Positions 27,508-38,471 of a stretch of DNA of 64,000 nt are shown here, piece by piece. The stretch covers positions 4,128-68,127 of the forward strand of contig CALKWO010000084.1 in NCBI GenBank assembly GCA_938003875.1, read 5' to 3'. Origin of the DNA: an uncultured bacterium. GTDB taxonomy: Bacteria; Planctomycetota; Uabimicrobiia; Uabimicrobiales; JABWCH01. The notes beneath the pieces were generated by a model. It did not search any database. It was not told where the DNA came from and saw only the letters and a list, made by a program, of their open reading frames with translations. The number at the start of each line of letters is the position of its first letter. Positions within the stretch are counted from its first letter, which is position 1. The position numbers and the translations under genes were made by a program.

Positions 27508-29379
27508 TTACTGAGCATATTTTTTATACCAGCGATGGAATACCCATAGATTCCACAGTGGATCTCTATAGTCACAGATGCCAGAGAGATGGTTTTGGTA
27601 AAGTTTTTCTATATTTTCATAATCGAAGTAAGGCAGGTTGCCATTTTTGATCACCTCTTCCCTGAAAGATTGGGCGAGTTCAGAGCGCAGCCATTTTTCT
27701 AAAGGAATAGAAAACCCCATTTTGCTTCTATAGAGAATATCATCGGGAAGCAAATCGCTTACCGTTTTTTTCATGATATACTTCCCTTGCATTTTATGAA
27801 TTTTAAACCTTGTAGGAAGCGAAAAGGCATATTCTACAATATGATGATCCAAAATAGGAACCCTGACCTCTAAGGAATGAGCCATGCTTGCTAAATCTAC
27901 TTTTGTAAGTATATCTCCGCTCAGGTACATTTTTATATCAACATAGAAAATTTTCTTTAATGGATCTGAGCATTTTGCCTTGTCATAGTATGATTTAAAG
28001 ACTTCAAAAGAGCGATAGCCCGCAAGTTCTTTCAGCATATCCTGGGAGAGCATTCTTTCTTTAATTTTATCCGTAATCGAAGAAACACTGTTGTAGTAAG
28101 CCTCATCGGGGGTTTTGGCAATATTTTGCAAGGTTGTTTTGGCTCTAAGAAAACGAGGAAGCCAATCTGCCTTGGGATATAAGAGAGACAGAGGGTGTAT
28201 AATCCCCTGTCTGATACAATTCGGCAAATAGCGTCTTACCCTGTTTTCCCACAAGTCCAGATAGTAACGCCTGTAGCCTCCAAAATTTTCATCACCGCCA
28301 TCTCCTGATAGCACAACAGTCACAACACGAGCAGCTTCTCTGCAAACAATAAAAGTAGGAAGCGAAGAACTGTCGGCAAAAGGTTCATCGAAATATTTTA
28401 AAAGAACATCCATTTCCTCTGGCCCAGGAGCATTAACGATGGTTTCATGATGCTCTGTCTGGTATTGGTTCGCTACCATTCTGGCGTAGTCTGTCTCATT
28501 ATAGGCTTTGCTTTCAAACCCAATGCTAAAGGTTTTGACTGGCTGCCTTGTTGCTTTAGCCATCAAAGCAACTACCGTAGAAGAATCAATTCCTCCAGAA
28601 AGAAAAGCACCTAAGGGAACTTCACTTTCCAGATGGCTTTCCACACATTCGCCAAGAAGTCGTTTTATTTCCTGGCTTGCTTCGGGGAAAGAGTTGTTTT
28701 CATAGGAAAAATCCAAATCCCAATAAGCCCGTGTCACTATATTCTCAGGACTGGCAATCAATATATGGCCAGGCAAAAGTTTGTAGACATTCTTGAAAAT
28801 TGTAGCTGGTTCTGGGACATAGCGATAGGTCAGATAGTCTGAAATCGCTTTGGGGCAGATTTCACGCTGGATACCTGCAACCAGCAATGCTTTCATCTCA
28901 GAAGCAAACAAAATACCCTGTTCTGTAACAGCATAAAGCAAGGGCTTAATCCCAACACGGTCCCTGGCAAGTATCAGCTTTTTTCGGCTGGAATCCCATA
29001 AAGCAAAAGCAAACATCCCTCGCAGTCGTTCCACAAAAGATTCGCCTATTTCTTCATACAAATGCAAAATGGCTTCCGTGTCGCAATGGGTTTTAAAGAT
29101 ATGCCCTTTAGCGATCAGGCCTTCTCTGATAGAGTGGTGGTTGTATATCTCACCATTGAACACCACTGCAATCCGTCCGTCTTCATTGAACATAGGCTGG
29201 CCACCGCCAGCTTTATCTATGATGGAAAGTCTTCTATGGCCAAGTCCCAGATTTTTTTCAGAGTAAAAACCCTCTGCATTGGGCCCTCGATGAGCTATGG
29301 TATCTGTCATGGCCTGCAAAGTTTTTCTATCCACATCTTGCAAGCTACGATAGTTATAAATTCCACATATACCACACAT
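27508..29379 (-). CDS. asnB: Asparagine synthase (glutamine-hydrolysing) family amidotransferase
   Basis: MCGICGIY Ntn-Cys start. SGGIDSS PP-loop. 623 aa. Confidence 0.88.
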   Translation of the reverse strand: MCGICGIYNYRSLQDVDRKTLQAMTDTIAHRGPNAEGFYSEKNLGLGHRRLSIIDKAGGGQPMFNEDGRIAVVFNGEIYNHHSIREGLIAKGHIFKTHCDTEAILHLYEEIGESFVERLRGMFAFALWDSSRKKLILARDRVGIKPLLYAVTEQGILFASEMKALLVAGIQREICPKAISDYLTYRYVPEPATIFKNVYKLLPGHILIASPENIVTRAYWDLDFSYENNSFPEASQEIKRLLGECVESHLESEVPLGAFLSGGIDSSTVVALMAKATRQPVKTFSIGFESKAYNETDYARMVANQYQTEHHETIVNAPGPEEMDVLLKYFDEPFADSSSLPTFIVCREAARVVTVVLSGDGGDENFGGYRRYYLDLWENRVRRYLPNCIRQGIIHPLSLLYPKADWLPRFLRAKTTLQNIAKTPDEAYYNSVSSITDKIKERMLSQDMLKELAGYRSFEVFKSYYDKAKCSDPLKKIFYVDIKMYLSGDILTKVDLASMAHSLEVRVPILDHHIVEYAFSLPTRFKIHKMQGKYIMKKTVSDLLPDDILYRSKMGFSIPLEKWLRSELAQSFREEVIKNGNLPYFDYENIEKLYQNHLSGICDYRDPLWNLWVFHRWYKKYAQ

Positions 29380-29507
29380 GATTTTCCCTTTTCTTCCCAG
29401 GCATTACGCCTGGTCTGTGCTGCACTTTTGTGCCTTCTACAAAATCTACGCAAAGGTTATTTTATTTTGTTTCTATTCACTTGGCAATAGAAAATTCCTT
29501 CCTTGCA

Positions 29508-30308
29508 TCAACAATTCTCAAGAGAATACACGCTTTCTCTTAAGAACTCTTGTAACTCCTTTAAATCTTGATATTTCTGTATTGTTTCAGGAAGTATCAA
29601 ATGTCCTGTCGTCACCTTCACCATGCTATTTCTTTTTCGTAAAAATTCTGCTGGCAGCCTCACTGTCCTGAGCAAAGGGTGAATTTTTCCAGCCAGGTGG
29701 AAAAGGCGACTGTTCTGTCCATGAAAATACAAAGGAAGTACAGGAACCTGGGCTTTTTGGATCAAACGTATGGGAGAGAGCGGCCAGGGACGGTCGCTAA
29801 CGCCTTTTTGCCCTCGATAGTATGTAGACACTTCTCCTGCAGGGAAAAGTCCAACAGATCCCCCCTTAGCAAGATGCTCCAGACATTGAGTGGTTCCGCC
29901 CATGCCCTGGTGTTTTTTATCATCGAAGGGATTCACAAAAATAAAAAAGTCTTTTAGGGGTTCTAGTTGTTGGAGTAAAAAGTTGGCAGTAACTTTGTAA
30001 TCTGGCCTGATTTTGCGGATCAGCAGGATGCTTGTAAGTCCATCCAAAAAACCGAAAGGATGATTGGAGATAGTGATAAAAGGACCTTGTTGTAATATAT
30101 CACAAAGTTTACTTTGCTCTTTCAGGAAAATCCGAATATTCATTTGCTGCAAAATCTTTTCTACAAGTTCTAGCCCCTGAGATGGATAAATCGTATCATA
30201 AATTTTATTCAATTCCTTTATCTTGAGCAACTTCATGATAAGATTGACCCAAAAATCCCCCAGAGATATAGCCTTTTGAATCGCCTGCCTTGGTACAATT
30301 TCCTTCAT
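29508..30308 (-). CDS. Lysophospholipid/glycerolipid acyltransferase family protein (PlsC-like)
   Basis: HX4D motif NHPFGFLDG and FPAGEVS block. Start set to MKEIVPRQ (ATG 30308) with GGAGAGG upstream; the ORF track's GTG is at 30371. Confidence 0.7.
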   Translation of the reverse strand: MKEIVPRQAIQKAISLGDFWVNLIMKLLKIKELNKIYDTIYPSQGLELVEKILQQMNIRIFLKEQSKLCDILQQGPFITISNHPFGFLDGLTSILLIRKIRPDYKVTANFLLQQLEPLKDFFIFVNPFDDKKHQGMGGTTQCLEHLAKGGSVGLFPAGEVSTYYRGQKGVSDRPWPLSPIRLIQKAQVPVLPLYFHGQNSRLFHLAGKIHPLLRTVRLPAEFLRKRNSMVKVTTGHLILPETIQKYQDLKELQEFLRESVYSLENC

Positions 30309-30413
30309 AATACAGCCTCTCCAAAAATTGTGGTAAAATCGCCCATATCGTTTTGGTTGATTGCTTGACACCAGAAATATTTTAAAGTAGAATACTCGTC
30401 TTTCTGTTTTACT

Positions 30414-30860
30414 ATGATTGGAAATGGATTTATGAATAAAGAAAAAATCAAAAAGATTATATTGATTCTGATAGGGAGCGTTTGCGTTGGACTGGGTTTT
30501 ATCGGTATGTTCCTTCCCCTTTTACCAACGACTCCTTTCTTACTTCTTGCTGCCGTATGCTATGCTAAAAGCTCCCATGCTTTTTACCAATGGCTAATGA
30601 CAAATTCCTGGTGTGGTCAGTATATCAAAAATTATCGTGAAGGTAAAGGCATGATCTTGAAACAAAAAATACTTACTATCCTCTTGTTATGGCTGACCAT
30701 AAGCTACTCATGCTTTTTCATAGTATCCAGACTTATAGTGCAATTTCTTTTATTGACAATAGCCATCCTTGTTACGGCTCATCTTCTATATCTAAAAAAT
30801 ATAAAGCCTGCCCAACACCCCAACGCTAAAATGAATCCAAGGCAAGAGACAAAGATTTAA
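30414..30860 (+). CDS. ybaN: YbaN/DUF454-family inner-membrane protein
   Basis: GFIGMFLPLLPTTPFLLLAAVCYAKSSHAFYQWL…YIKNYREGKG is the family signature. An alternative start is ATG 30432. Confidence 0.8.
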   Translation: MIGNGFMNKEKIKKIILILIGSVCVGLGFIGMFLPLLPTTPFLLLAAVCYAKSSHAFYQWLMTNSWCGQYIKNYREGKGMILKQKILTILLLWLTISYSCFFIVSRLIVQFLLLTIAILVTAHLLYLKNIKPAQHPNAKMNPRQETKI

Positions 30861-30911
30861 TTTTTTTGGACGTAGCCGCTATTGTCAAAAGCACAGCAGA
30901 GCTACAAACAG

Positions 30912-30950
30912 AAAGAGAACCAAAGATAGAGTCTATCTTTGGTTCTCTTT
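30912..30950. terminator. Perfect 18-bp stem-loop between convergent genes (terminator-like, no clear U tract)
   Basis: aaagagaaccaaagatag-agt-ctatctttggttctcttt, between the ybaN stop (30860) and the histidine-kinase stop (31120). Confidence 0.45.
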
Positions 30951-31119
30951 AGAGGATATTGAGAGAAGACGCAGGGATTGCGCTAGCGTTTGACTTTTGA
31001 GCAGACATGACTTTTTCGGCGCAACCCTGCGACTACAATCTGTTGCAAGACAAAATTTTAAAACTTAACACGAATGACGATAACGACAAAACTATAATTT
31101 CCTATACAGCAAGTTAGGA

Positions 31120-34100
31120 CTATTTCTTTTCGACTTTTTTGTCCAGGGATTCTCTTACCTTTTGTGCCAGATCATGAAGTAAAAATGGTTTTTGAATAAA
31201 ATTAATATCTTTATCCAACAAACAACGTGAAGCAATGGTATTGCTGCTATAGCCAGACATGAATATCTTTTTCATTTCAGGACAAAAAGAGGTTATTTTT
31301 TTTGACAGATCCCATCCATTCATATCAGGCATAACTACATCAGTTATAAGAAGTTGTATCTCTTCATGATGCTCACTAGCAATACGAATGGCCTCCCCTG
31401 GCGTAGAGGCAGGCAGCACACGATATCCTAATCTCTCTAACATTATCTTCACCATATCCAAAATCGCTGGTTCATCTTCCACCAGCAGAAGAGTTTCATT
31501 ACCTTGATTATTTGTAACCATGAAATTTATCTTTGGCGTTGGATCCGCCTTAGCAGAATAGCGTGGGAGGTAGATACTAAAAGTCGCTCCGCATCCAGGT
31601 TCACTGTATACTTTAATGAAGCCATTGTTTTGTTTTACGATTCCATAGACAGTAGCCAGCCCAAGACCCGTGCCTTTGCCAATTTCTTTGGTAGTAAAAA
31701 ATGGCTCAAATAGCCTATCCAAAATTTCTTTGCTCATGCCGCATCCGTTATCAATGACTTCCAGAAATACAAATTCCCCTGGAATAAACCCTGGATGATG
31801 AGTGCAATAGATATTATCGAAAGTAGCAATCCCTGTTTTAATTGTAATTTTTCCTACTCCTATAATAGCATCGCGGGCATTGACACATAAATTGGCCAGT
31901 ATCTGATCAATCTGAGATGGATCCATATTTACCGTCCCTGTTTTTAGCCCTGGTTGCCAGTCGAGATGAATATTCTCTCCAATCAAACGCCTTAGCATTT
32001 TAAGCATCCCCTCTATTGTTTCATTTAAATCAAGAACTTTAGGCATGATAGGTTGTTGGCGTGCAAAGGCTAACAATTGTCGGGTGAGATTAGCGGATCG
32101 CGTGGCTGCCTTGCGGATTTCCTGCATGTCAGTGTAGAATGGCTGTAATGGATACATCTGCTCCATAGCCATATCCACATGCCCAAGGATTACCCCTAGC
32201 ATGTTATTAAAGTCGTGGGCAATTCCGCCTGCCAGGCTACCGATGGATTCCATTTTTTGAGCCTGAAGAAACTGAGCTTCCAAAGAAAGTTTCTTGGTAA
32301 TATCTTCGACTATCTCGATTACTGCCGTAATCTCTCCAGATGAGTTGAGGATAGGAGAAGAAACAATACGATAATTTCGTATTGTTCCTGCCTGAGGTGT
32401 TTGGCTTGTAGCTTCATGTACCTGTTTGTCTTCTAGTGTTTTAATGACAGGGCAATATTCGCACACTTTTTCTCGTGGCGGATTGTTGAATGCATGATAG
32501 CATATAGGATGTTGATCTGGCTCAATTATGGGAAACCACTTATGCATTCGATTGTTTAGTTCTAGAATTTCCATTTTAGGGCTGATAAGACTAATCCCGA
32601 TTTCAATGTTTTCCAGGATACTACGCATCTTGGCTTCACTTTCTTCCAGTGCCTTCTCTGCCTGCTTATGCTTAGTAATATCAATAAAAGTTACAATGAT
32701 TTGCGCTATTTTTCCTTCTTTATCAAAAACAGGATCAGCGTTCACCAAAGTCCAAAAATGCTTGTCTTTTTCTATATGGCGTACACCAATAATAAAATTT
32801 TTCAAGGATTGTTGTTGTGTAAGTACCTGGTTTACAGGATATTCCTCAGCAGGCATATTGCTTCCATCTTCGCAGAAAAAATTCCAGGCTATATTGAGCA
32901 CTGTTTTTCCAATCAATTGCTCTTTTGTTAGCCCAAGCAATCTTTCTGCTGCGGGATTGCATGTCAATATCTCTGTGTTAGAGCTATGAACGATAACACC
33001 TGCCTGTATTTTTTGGACTAATGTTCGATATTTTTCTTCGCTTTCCTTAAGATCGCGTAGTATTAAAAAATTGGCTAACGCATCATGGAGTTTTCTGGTG
33101 ATTTCTTGAAATAGCCGCTTATCTTCTTGTGTCCAAACCTGATAAGATGAATCATAGTGTAATTCAAGCAACCAGGGTTTATCTACTTGAGGATACAAAG
33201 CCGTTGAAATCCAAAAGTAGGGTTTTACATATTGCAATGCCTCACTTAGCGGATAATTGGATTGAGAATCGAATATTTTAATATTGTTTATATCTCTCAT
33301 TGCCTGAAAATATTGGGAGATATTCGTATCCATCTGAATTTCAAACCCTACAGGAAAAGCAGATTCTATTCGAAAACTCTCCATCATCACACGGAATGAA
33401 GCCGCATCAGGATCGCAAGGAGAAAATAACAGCACTCTGTTGCAATCAAATATAGAAAGCATTGTATTCAAAACGCCCTTTAGCATCTGCTCAAGATCAT
33501 TTGTCTCTTGAATAGCCTTGTTGATTTGATCCATACTTTCAAAGAATCGAAGATGAGCTAAACGTTCTTGCTCTGCTTTTTTTCTTTCCGTGATATCCAT
33601 TAGTACAGCGACATTTCCTGTGATTTTTCCATCCAGATCATGCAAGGGCGATGCATAGATACTATACTCGATGGGGGTGCCATCACGCTTTTGGCGTTTA
33701 ACATCTACACCATCCATCGTCTTGCCGCTTCGTATCCAATCACGAAATTTTTTGAATTCTTCCTTTTTATCTTGGGGTACAGAGGGAAGAAAATGTCCAA
33801 TTGCTTCTTGCGCATTCCAACCAAGCAATTTTTCAGCCGCAGGATTCCATACGGTATGTACATATCCTTCTAAATCCAGTCCCATGATGGCCGTTGGGGC
33901 TGCTTCGATAATTGCTCGAAGCATGTCATTGGACTTCTTCAGATCATCTTCTACTCGTTTTCTTTCATAGCGGATACGTAAAGCAATGATCCCAAATGCC
34001 AGATCGCTTGCCAATTCTTCCATGAGTTTAATTTCATCCATTGTGATTGAATTGGACTCTGAAGAATAGATCAGCAGAACTCCGAAAACTTTTCCATTTT

Positions 34101-34590
34101 CATCCTTAAGGGGCAGAGCGATACCAGCGCGATATCCACGTTGCAATGCGCTTTGGCACCATGGGGACATTTGTGGATCTGTTGTGAAATCCTGAACATA
34201 GAGTATTTGTCCACTTCGAATAGCTTTTCCCGCAGGCCCTTTCCCGTATTCTGAATTTTCTGACCAGGTAAGTTTTATATTTGCGATGTATCCATTATCA
34301 AACCCAGACCAGGCTACAGGCCTTATTGTTTTATCAGCATCGTTTTCGGCGTAGCCTACCCATGCCAGGCGATAGCCTGCATCATCGCATATAATACGAC
34401 AAATTTCGTTAAGCAATGTCTGCTCATCCGTCGCTCTCAAAAGAGTCTGGTTGCAGTTACTGAGTGCATGCAATTTGCGATTCACGTTGTGGAGTTGTTC
34501 TACCAGTTTAAGATCGCTAAGTTCTTTTTCTAATTGCAGATTTGCTTTTTGTGATTCATGACTTTTTGATATAATTATTGGATCGTCCAT
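31120..34590 (-). CDS. Hybrid sensor histidine kinase (coiled coil, GAF, multiple PAS, second GAF-like region, HisKA, HATPase_c, C-terminal REC)
   Basis: GAF (…[21 protein letters not shown]…). PAS blocks with …[11 protein letters not shown]…, …[16 protein letters not shown]… and …[11 protein letters not shown]… junctions. H-box [13 protein letters not shown] boxes ([24 protein letters not shown]). REC (LLLVEDEP…[10 protein letters not shown]…KP). Confidence 0.9.
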   Translation of the reverse strand: MDDPIIISKSHESQKANLQLEKELSDLKLVEQLHNVNRKLHALSNCNQTLLRATDEQTLLNEICRIICDDAGYRLAWVGYAENDADKTIRPVAWSGFDNGYIANIKLTWSENSEYGKGPAGKAIRSGQILYVQDFTTDPQMSPWCQSALQRGYRAGIALPLKDENGKVFGVLLIYSSESNSITMDEIKLMEELASDLAFGIIALRIRYERKRVEDDLKKSNDMLRAIIEAAPTAIMGLDLEGYVHTVWNPAAEKLLGWNAQEAIGHFLPSVPQDKKEEFKKFRDWIRSGKTMDGVDVKRQKRDGTPIEYSIYASPLHDLDGKITGNVAVLMDITERKKAEQERLAHLRFFESMDQINKAIQETNDLEQMLKGVLNTMLSIFDCNRVLLFSPCDPDAASFRVMMESFRIESAFPVGFEIQMDTNISQYFQAMRDINNIKIFDSQSNYPLSEALQYVKPYFWISTALYPQVDKPWLLELHYDSSYQVWTQEDKRLFQEITRKLHDALANFLILRDLKESEEKYRTLVQKIQAGVIVHSSNTEILTCNPAAERLLGLTKEQLIGKTVLNIAWNFFCEDGSNMPAEEYPVNQVLTQQQSLKNFIIGVRHIEKDKHFWTLVNADPVFDKEGKIAQIIVTFIDITKHKQAEKALEESEAKMRSILENIEIGISLISPKMEILELNNRMHKWFPIIEPDQHPICYHAFNNPPREKVCEYCPVIKTLEDKQVHEATSQTPQAGTIRNYRIVSSPILNSSGEITAVIEIVEDITKKLSLEAQFLQAQKMESIGSLAGGIAHDFNNMLGVILGHVDMAMEQMYPLQPFYTDMQEIRKAATRSANLTRQLLAFARQQPIMPKVLDLNETIEGMLKMLRRLIGENIHLDWQPGLKTGTVNMDPSQIDQILANLCVNARDAIIGVGKITIKTGIATFDNIYCTHHPGFIPGEFVFLEVIDNGCGMSKEILDRLFEPFFTTKEIGKGTGLGLATVYGIVKQNNGFIKVYSEPGCGATFSIYLPRYSAKADPTPKINFMVTNNQGNETLLLVEDEPAILDMVKIMLERLGYRVLPASTPGEAIRIASEHHEEIQLLITDVVMPDMNGWDLSKKITSFCPEMKKIFMSGYSSNTIASRCLLDKDINFIQKPFLLHDLAQKVRESLDKKVEKK

Positions 34591-34652
34591 GGGAATACTC
34601 CTTACAAAAGATTAAAAAGAGATTATCCCTGTTTTAGAACAGCTCTGTCAGA

Positions 34653-35489
34653 CTAATGAGAAAAGGAAAATTCTTGTTTATCGAAGAAAAAAAGCCCTGC
34701 CAGAAGCATCACAAAGCTAACACAAAGCAAAACAAGAGAGGCATCCCAGAAGGTACTCATATAGCCTGATCTTTGTCCAAGCAAATCGAAAATCATGGAT
34801 TCCAGATAGTGAGAAACAGCAAACTTTCTTGCTCTTTCTGTTACTGCAACCATCATGAACTCCCAGAAAAAAGCATAGAGGAGGGAAAAATACATTCCTC
34901 CTTTGAACATGCCAATCAAGAGAAAAAGGGAGCTATAGCTCAGAATTCCTAAAAAATAGACAAAAAGCATCTGAAAGAAAATTGTGAGTTCGCCTTTCAT
35001 TCCAAAGAGAAAGAAGAACATCAGGATTAGGGGAACAAGAGAAATGGAAAGGCCTGTGAGCGTCAAAGCCGTAGCCTTGGAAAGATAGATGCTTTTTCGG
35101 CTCAAAGGCCTTAAAAAAAGCATCTGGAGCGTTCCCATCTCTACTTCTTCGCCTATTGCCTTGCTGCCCAGACAGCTCAGTCCAAAAAGGAGAATAAATC
35201 CGAGCAGAAAGCGGTAGCTCAGGAGCGAAAAGATTTCTTTTTGGCTCAAGGGGACGACTTTGGTTTTAAAAGGAACTCCTTGTGGATTGAATTCTTCAGG
35301 AGCTTGCAGGGTGCTATACTCTTCTTCATGAGCGTATACCTTGCGGGTATTCTTTGCCAGATCAGGGTTTAGCTCAATAAAAATACAAACGAGTACAGGG
35401 AGAAAGCTAATTATTAAAAAAAGCAGAGTATAGCGATTCTGGAAAAGATGGAGAAAATTCCATTTGAGAATGCTGATAAAACCTTTCAA
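34653..35489 (-). CDS. ABC-2-type transporter permease-like membrane protein
   Basis: 278-aa polytopic protein. 4-nt overlap with the ATPase gene. Confidence 0.55.
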   Translation of the reverse strand: MKGFISILKWNFLHLFQNRYTLLFLIISFLPVLVCIFIELNPDLAKNTRKVYAHEEEYSTLQAPEEFNPQGVPFKTKVVPLSQKEIFSLLSYRFLLGFILLFGLSCLGSKAIGEEVEMGTLQMLFLRPLSRKSIYLSKATALTLTGLSISLVPLILMFFFLFGMKGELTIFFQMLFVYFLGILSYSSLFLLIGMFKGGMYFSLLYAFFWEFMMVAVTERARKFAVSHYLESMIFDLLGQRSGYMSTFWDASLVLLCVSFVMLLAGLFFFDKQEFSFSH

Positions 35490-36427
35490 TGGACACCCCC
35501 TACAAGAAATCGGAAAAGGGATTCTAAATTTTGCGTTACGGGCATTATCTTTTTGATTCTATAGTCTTTTTCACTCAGAAGCTGAGGAAGGCGCAGGGAA
35601 AAGGATTCAAAGTCTTTTGTACTGACAAGGATAGTTCTGTCATCTTCTTGGATTTCGATGCCTGTCACATCCTGAAAAGAAAGGAGATCGCAGGCAAGGG
35701 AACGAAGATTCTCGCCTTCTATCGAAACTCTGTTTTCTTGCTTTTTGGCTTGCTTCTGAAGTTCTGCTATCTTTCCATGAGCGACCATTTTCCCTCGATC
35801 CAGAATCACTACCTGGTCCGTGAGGGCTTCCATTTCCTTGAGATTGTGGCTCGTGATAAAAATTGTCGCTCCCTGGCGTTCCATTTCCTTGAACAGCTCT
35901 TTGAGATGATGCTTCACGAGAGGATCACATCCCGTAAGCACCTCATCCAAAAGCAAGATTTCTGGATCGTGGGCAATGGCCTGCGCCAGCTTAACGCATT
36001 GCCTCATACCCTTAGAGAGAGTTTCTATCTTTTGGTTTAATTTATGGGAAATTCTTACTTTTTCGATGGCTTGTATTGCCTTTTGTCTGGCTTCACGCGA
36101 AGAAAAGCCATGAAGCTCCGTAAGAATGCTGACGAATTCTAAAACCGTTATATTCTGATAAAGAGCCTCTTTTTGAGGGCATAGACCTAAATGGCGGCGA
36201 AAGTGCGTGCCAGAAAAGGAATTCTCACCCAAAACCAGGACTTCTCCCTGGCTAGGCTTTAAAAGGCCTGCGATGAGATGTAAGAGTGTGGTTTTTCCAG
36301 CAGCGTTGCTGCCTACAAGCCCTGTGATTCCTTTGGGAATTTCCAAATTTACGCCAAGAATGCCTCTCACATCTCCATACCATTTAGAAAGATTTTTTGC
36401 CTCAAGAATCACTTTCTCTGTCATCAT
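35486..36427 (-). CDS. ABC transporter ATP-binding protein
   Basis: Walker A GSNAAGKTT, signature LSKGMRQ, Walker B LLLDEV. Confidence 0.9.
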   Translation of the reverse strand: MMTEKVILEAKNLSKWYGDVRGILGVNLEIPKGITGLVGSNAAGKTTLLHLIAGLLKPSQGEVLVLGENSFSGTHFRRHLGLCPQKEALYQNITVLEFVSILTELHGFSSREARQKAIQAIEKVRISHKLNQKIETLSKGMRQCVKLAQAIAHDPEILLLDEVLTGCDPLVKHHLKELFKEMERQGATIFITSHNLKEMEALTDQVVILDRGKMVAHGKIAELQKQAKKQENRVSIEGENLRSLACDLLSFQDVTGIEIQEDDRTILVSTKDFESFSLRLPQLLSEKDYRIKKIMPVTQNLESLFRFLVGGVH

Positions 36428-37308
36428 GCTAATCCTTCAAAAATGATTTTTCCTAATTTACGATATACAAAAGCAATAGAGAAAAGAGTCAGACAAAGGA
36501 CAACTCCCCCTGATATCCAGAACAATCCTGGAGACAGGCTTTTAAAGAGAAAGATACTATGTCCTATTCTATCTAAATTGCCCAGAAAAGAAGAAAAATG
36601 CAAGGAAGAAAGCTTTTGTATATTTTGAGCGACATATTCTAATACAAAGCCCACAATAAAAACAGCAAGAAAGGACAGCGTCACCATGCGAGAATTCTTA
36701 GTAAAGCAAGAAAACATCAAAAGTAAAAAACCCATGGAAAGGCTTACAACAAATAGATAAGCCAGGGTTTGTATAAATCGCATGAAATGAATGTCTTTGC
36801 TGACAATATACCAGTTTGGAGATTGGGTAAAGCCAGAAAAGATAAAAGAATGCGTCCAGAAAAGAAAGACAGGCAGCCATACAACTAAAAAAGAATAGAA
36901 AAAAGTTACCAAAAATTTTCCCAAAAAATAGTCTTTGCGAGTTATGGGCCTTGAGAAATAGATATGGTATGCGCCTTTTTTCAAATCATCGCTGATCAGA
37001 CCGCCTGTAACTGTTGCCAGGATCAAGCTTAGCCAGGGTAGTTGTATATAGATCATGCTGAGAATGGTTTTACTGAAATATCGTTCCCCTTGAATTTGCA
37101 AAAGATCAGCATCCAACTGTCCCTGGGTAAGAAGAAGAAAGAGAATAGATTTTATAATGGCAGTAAGCCAGGCAGCGACCAGCAAGAAGGTTGTCCATTT
37201 TTTCCGAAAAGTGCATTCCATGCCAAATAAAAAAACAGGCAACCATCTTCTTTTGGAATTTGTTTTTCCTTGAAAAGGGATATAGCGATAATCATCCATT
37301 ATTACCAT
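36424..37308 (-). CDS. Polytopic membrane protein, probable second ABC-2 permease component
   Basis: 294 aa with several TM helices. 4-nt overlap with the ATPase gene. Starts 9 nt after the pilT stop. Confidence 0.5.
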   Translation of the reverse strand: MVIMDDYRYIPFQGKTNSKRRWLPVFLFGMECTFRKKWTTFLLVAAWLTAIIKSILFLLLTQGQLDADLLQIQGERYFSKTILSMIYIQLPWLSLILATVTGGLISDDLKKGAYHIYFSRPITRKDYFLGKFLVTFFYSFLVVWLPVFLFWTHSFIFSGFTQSPNWYIVSKDIHFMRFIQTLAYLFVVSLSMGFLLLMFSCFTKNSRMVTLSFLAVFIVGFVLEYVAQNIQKLSSLHFSSFLGNLDRIGHSIFLFKSLSPGLFWISGGVVLCLTLFSIAFVYRKLGKIIFEGLA

Positions 37309-37317
37309 AACAGTCTC

Positions 37318-38382
37318 TTAAATTTTAGCAATTTTGTCAGGTTTTTTCATGTGAGTTAAGGCTGTTTCTTTTGATATGATACCTTCTCTATAAATGCTTT
37401 CTATAGCAAGATCCAGAGAACACATACCTTCCTGGGTTCTGGTTTCCAGAACGCTATAAATCTGATGAGTTTTGGCATCACGAATCAAATTCGCTACAGC
37501 AGTGTTGTTCAACAAAACTTCACAGGCAACCACTCGTCCTTCTTTATCTGATCTGGGAAGGAGTCTTTGAGCGATAACACCTGTCAAGCACAACGCCAGT
37601 TGCAAGCGTATCTGGTGTTGCTGCTCTGGAGGAAAGACATCCACAAGGCGATCTATGGTTTGCACAGCATCGTTAGTGTGCAAGGTTGCCATAACAAGAT
37701 GCCCTGTTTCCGAAGCAGTCAAGGCACAAGAAATGGTTTCCCTGTCTCTCATTTCTCCAACTAAAATCACATCAGGGTCTTGTCTCAAGACATATTTTAA
37801 AGCAGCATGGAAGGTGGGAGTATCACGCCCAACCTCTCTTTGCTCTACAATGCTTTTTTTATGCACATGGATGTATTCGACAGGGTCTTCAATCGTAATG
37901 ATATGAGAAGCCTTGGTTCTGTTGATCAAATCTACGGCAGAAGCCAGAGTCGTGCTTTTACCATGCCCTGTTGGGCCTGTGATAATCAAAAGCCCTAAAG
38001 AAGACTGAACCAGTGTTTTCAAAATTTTGGGAAGCCTTAGCTCTTCAAAATCAGGAAGTACATTAGGAATACTACGGAAGGCAGCACTGACGGTACCTTG
38101 TTGCTGGAAAACATTGATACGAAAACGATGTATCCAGTTGTCTTCCTCGCACCAATAGCAAAAGCCAATATCCAAAGATTTTTCTTGCTCAAAGGTTTTT
38201 TTCTGCTCTTCCGTCATAATGTTATAAAGCATCTTGTGGGTATCCTGGGAACTGAGAATTTCCTTTCCCACAGGCCAAAGCTCTCCATCCACTCTCAAAT
38301 AGGGAGGGGCATTGGCAATGATGTGCAAATCCGATGCTTTTTTTTGCGATACCAGACGAAACAATTTTTCCAGTTCTATCAT
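37318..38382 (-). CDS. pilT: Type IV pilus retraction ATPase PilT
   Basis: Size 354 aa. Walker A GPTGHGKST. Asp box. His box GHLVMATLHTN. PilT-type AVANLIRDAKTHQI. Confidence 0.9.
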   Translation of the reverse strand: MIELEKLFRLVSQKKASDLHIIANAPPYLRVDGELWPVGKEILSSQDTHKMLYNIMTEEQKKTFEQEKSLDIGFCYWCEEDNWIHRFRINVFQQQGTVSAAFRSIPNVLPDFEELRLPKILKTLVQSSLGLLIITGPTGHGKSTTLASAVDLINRTKASHIITIEDPVEYIHVHKKSIVEQREVGRDTPTFHAALKYVLRQDPDVILVGEMRDRETISCALTASETGHLVMATLHTNDAVQTIDRLVDVFPPEQQHQIRLQLALCLTGVIAQRLLPRSDKEGRVVACEVLLNNTAVANLIRDAKTHQIYSVLETRTQEGMCSLDLAIESIYREGIISKETALTHMKKPDKIAKI

Positions 38383-38471
38383 AAATTTCTTTAATTAAAG
38401 ATAATGTACAAAAAACAAACTCTGGCACTGTTCATGCCAGAGTTTACAGTTAATTACAACAATATAGCATC

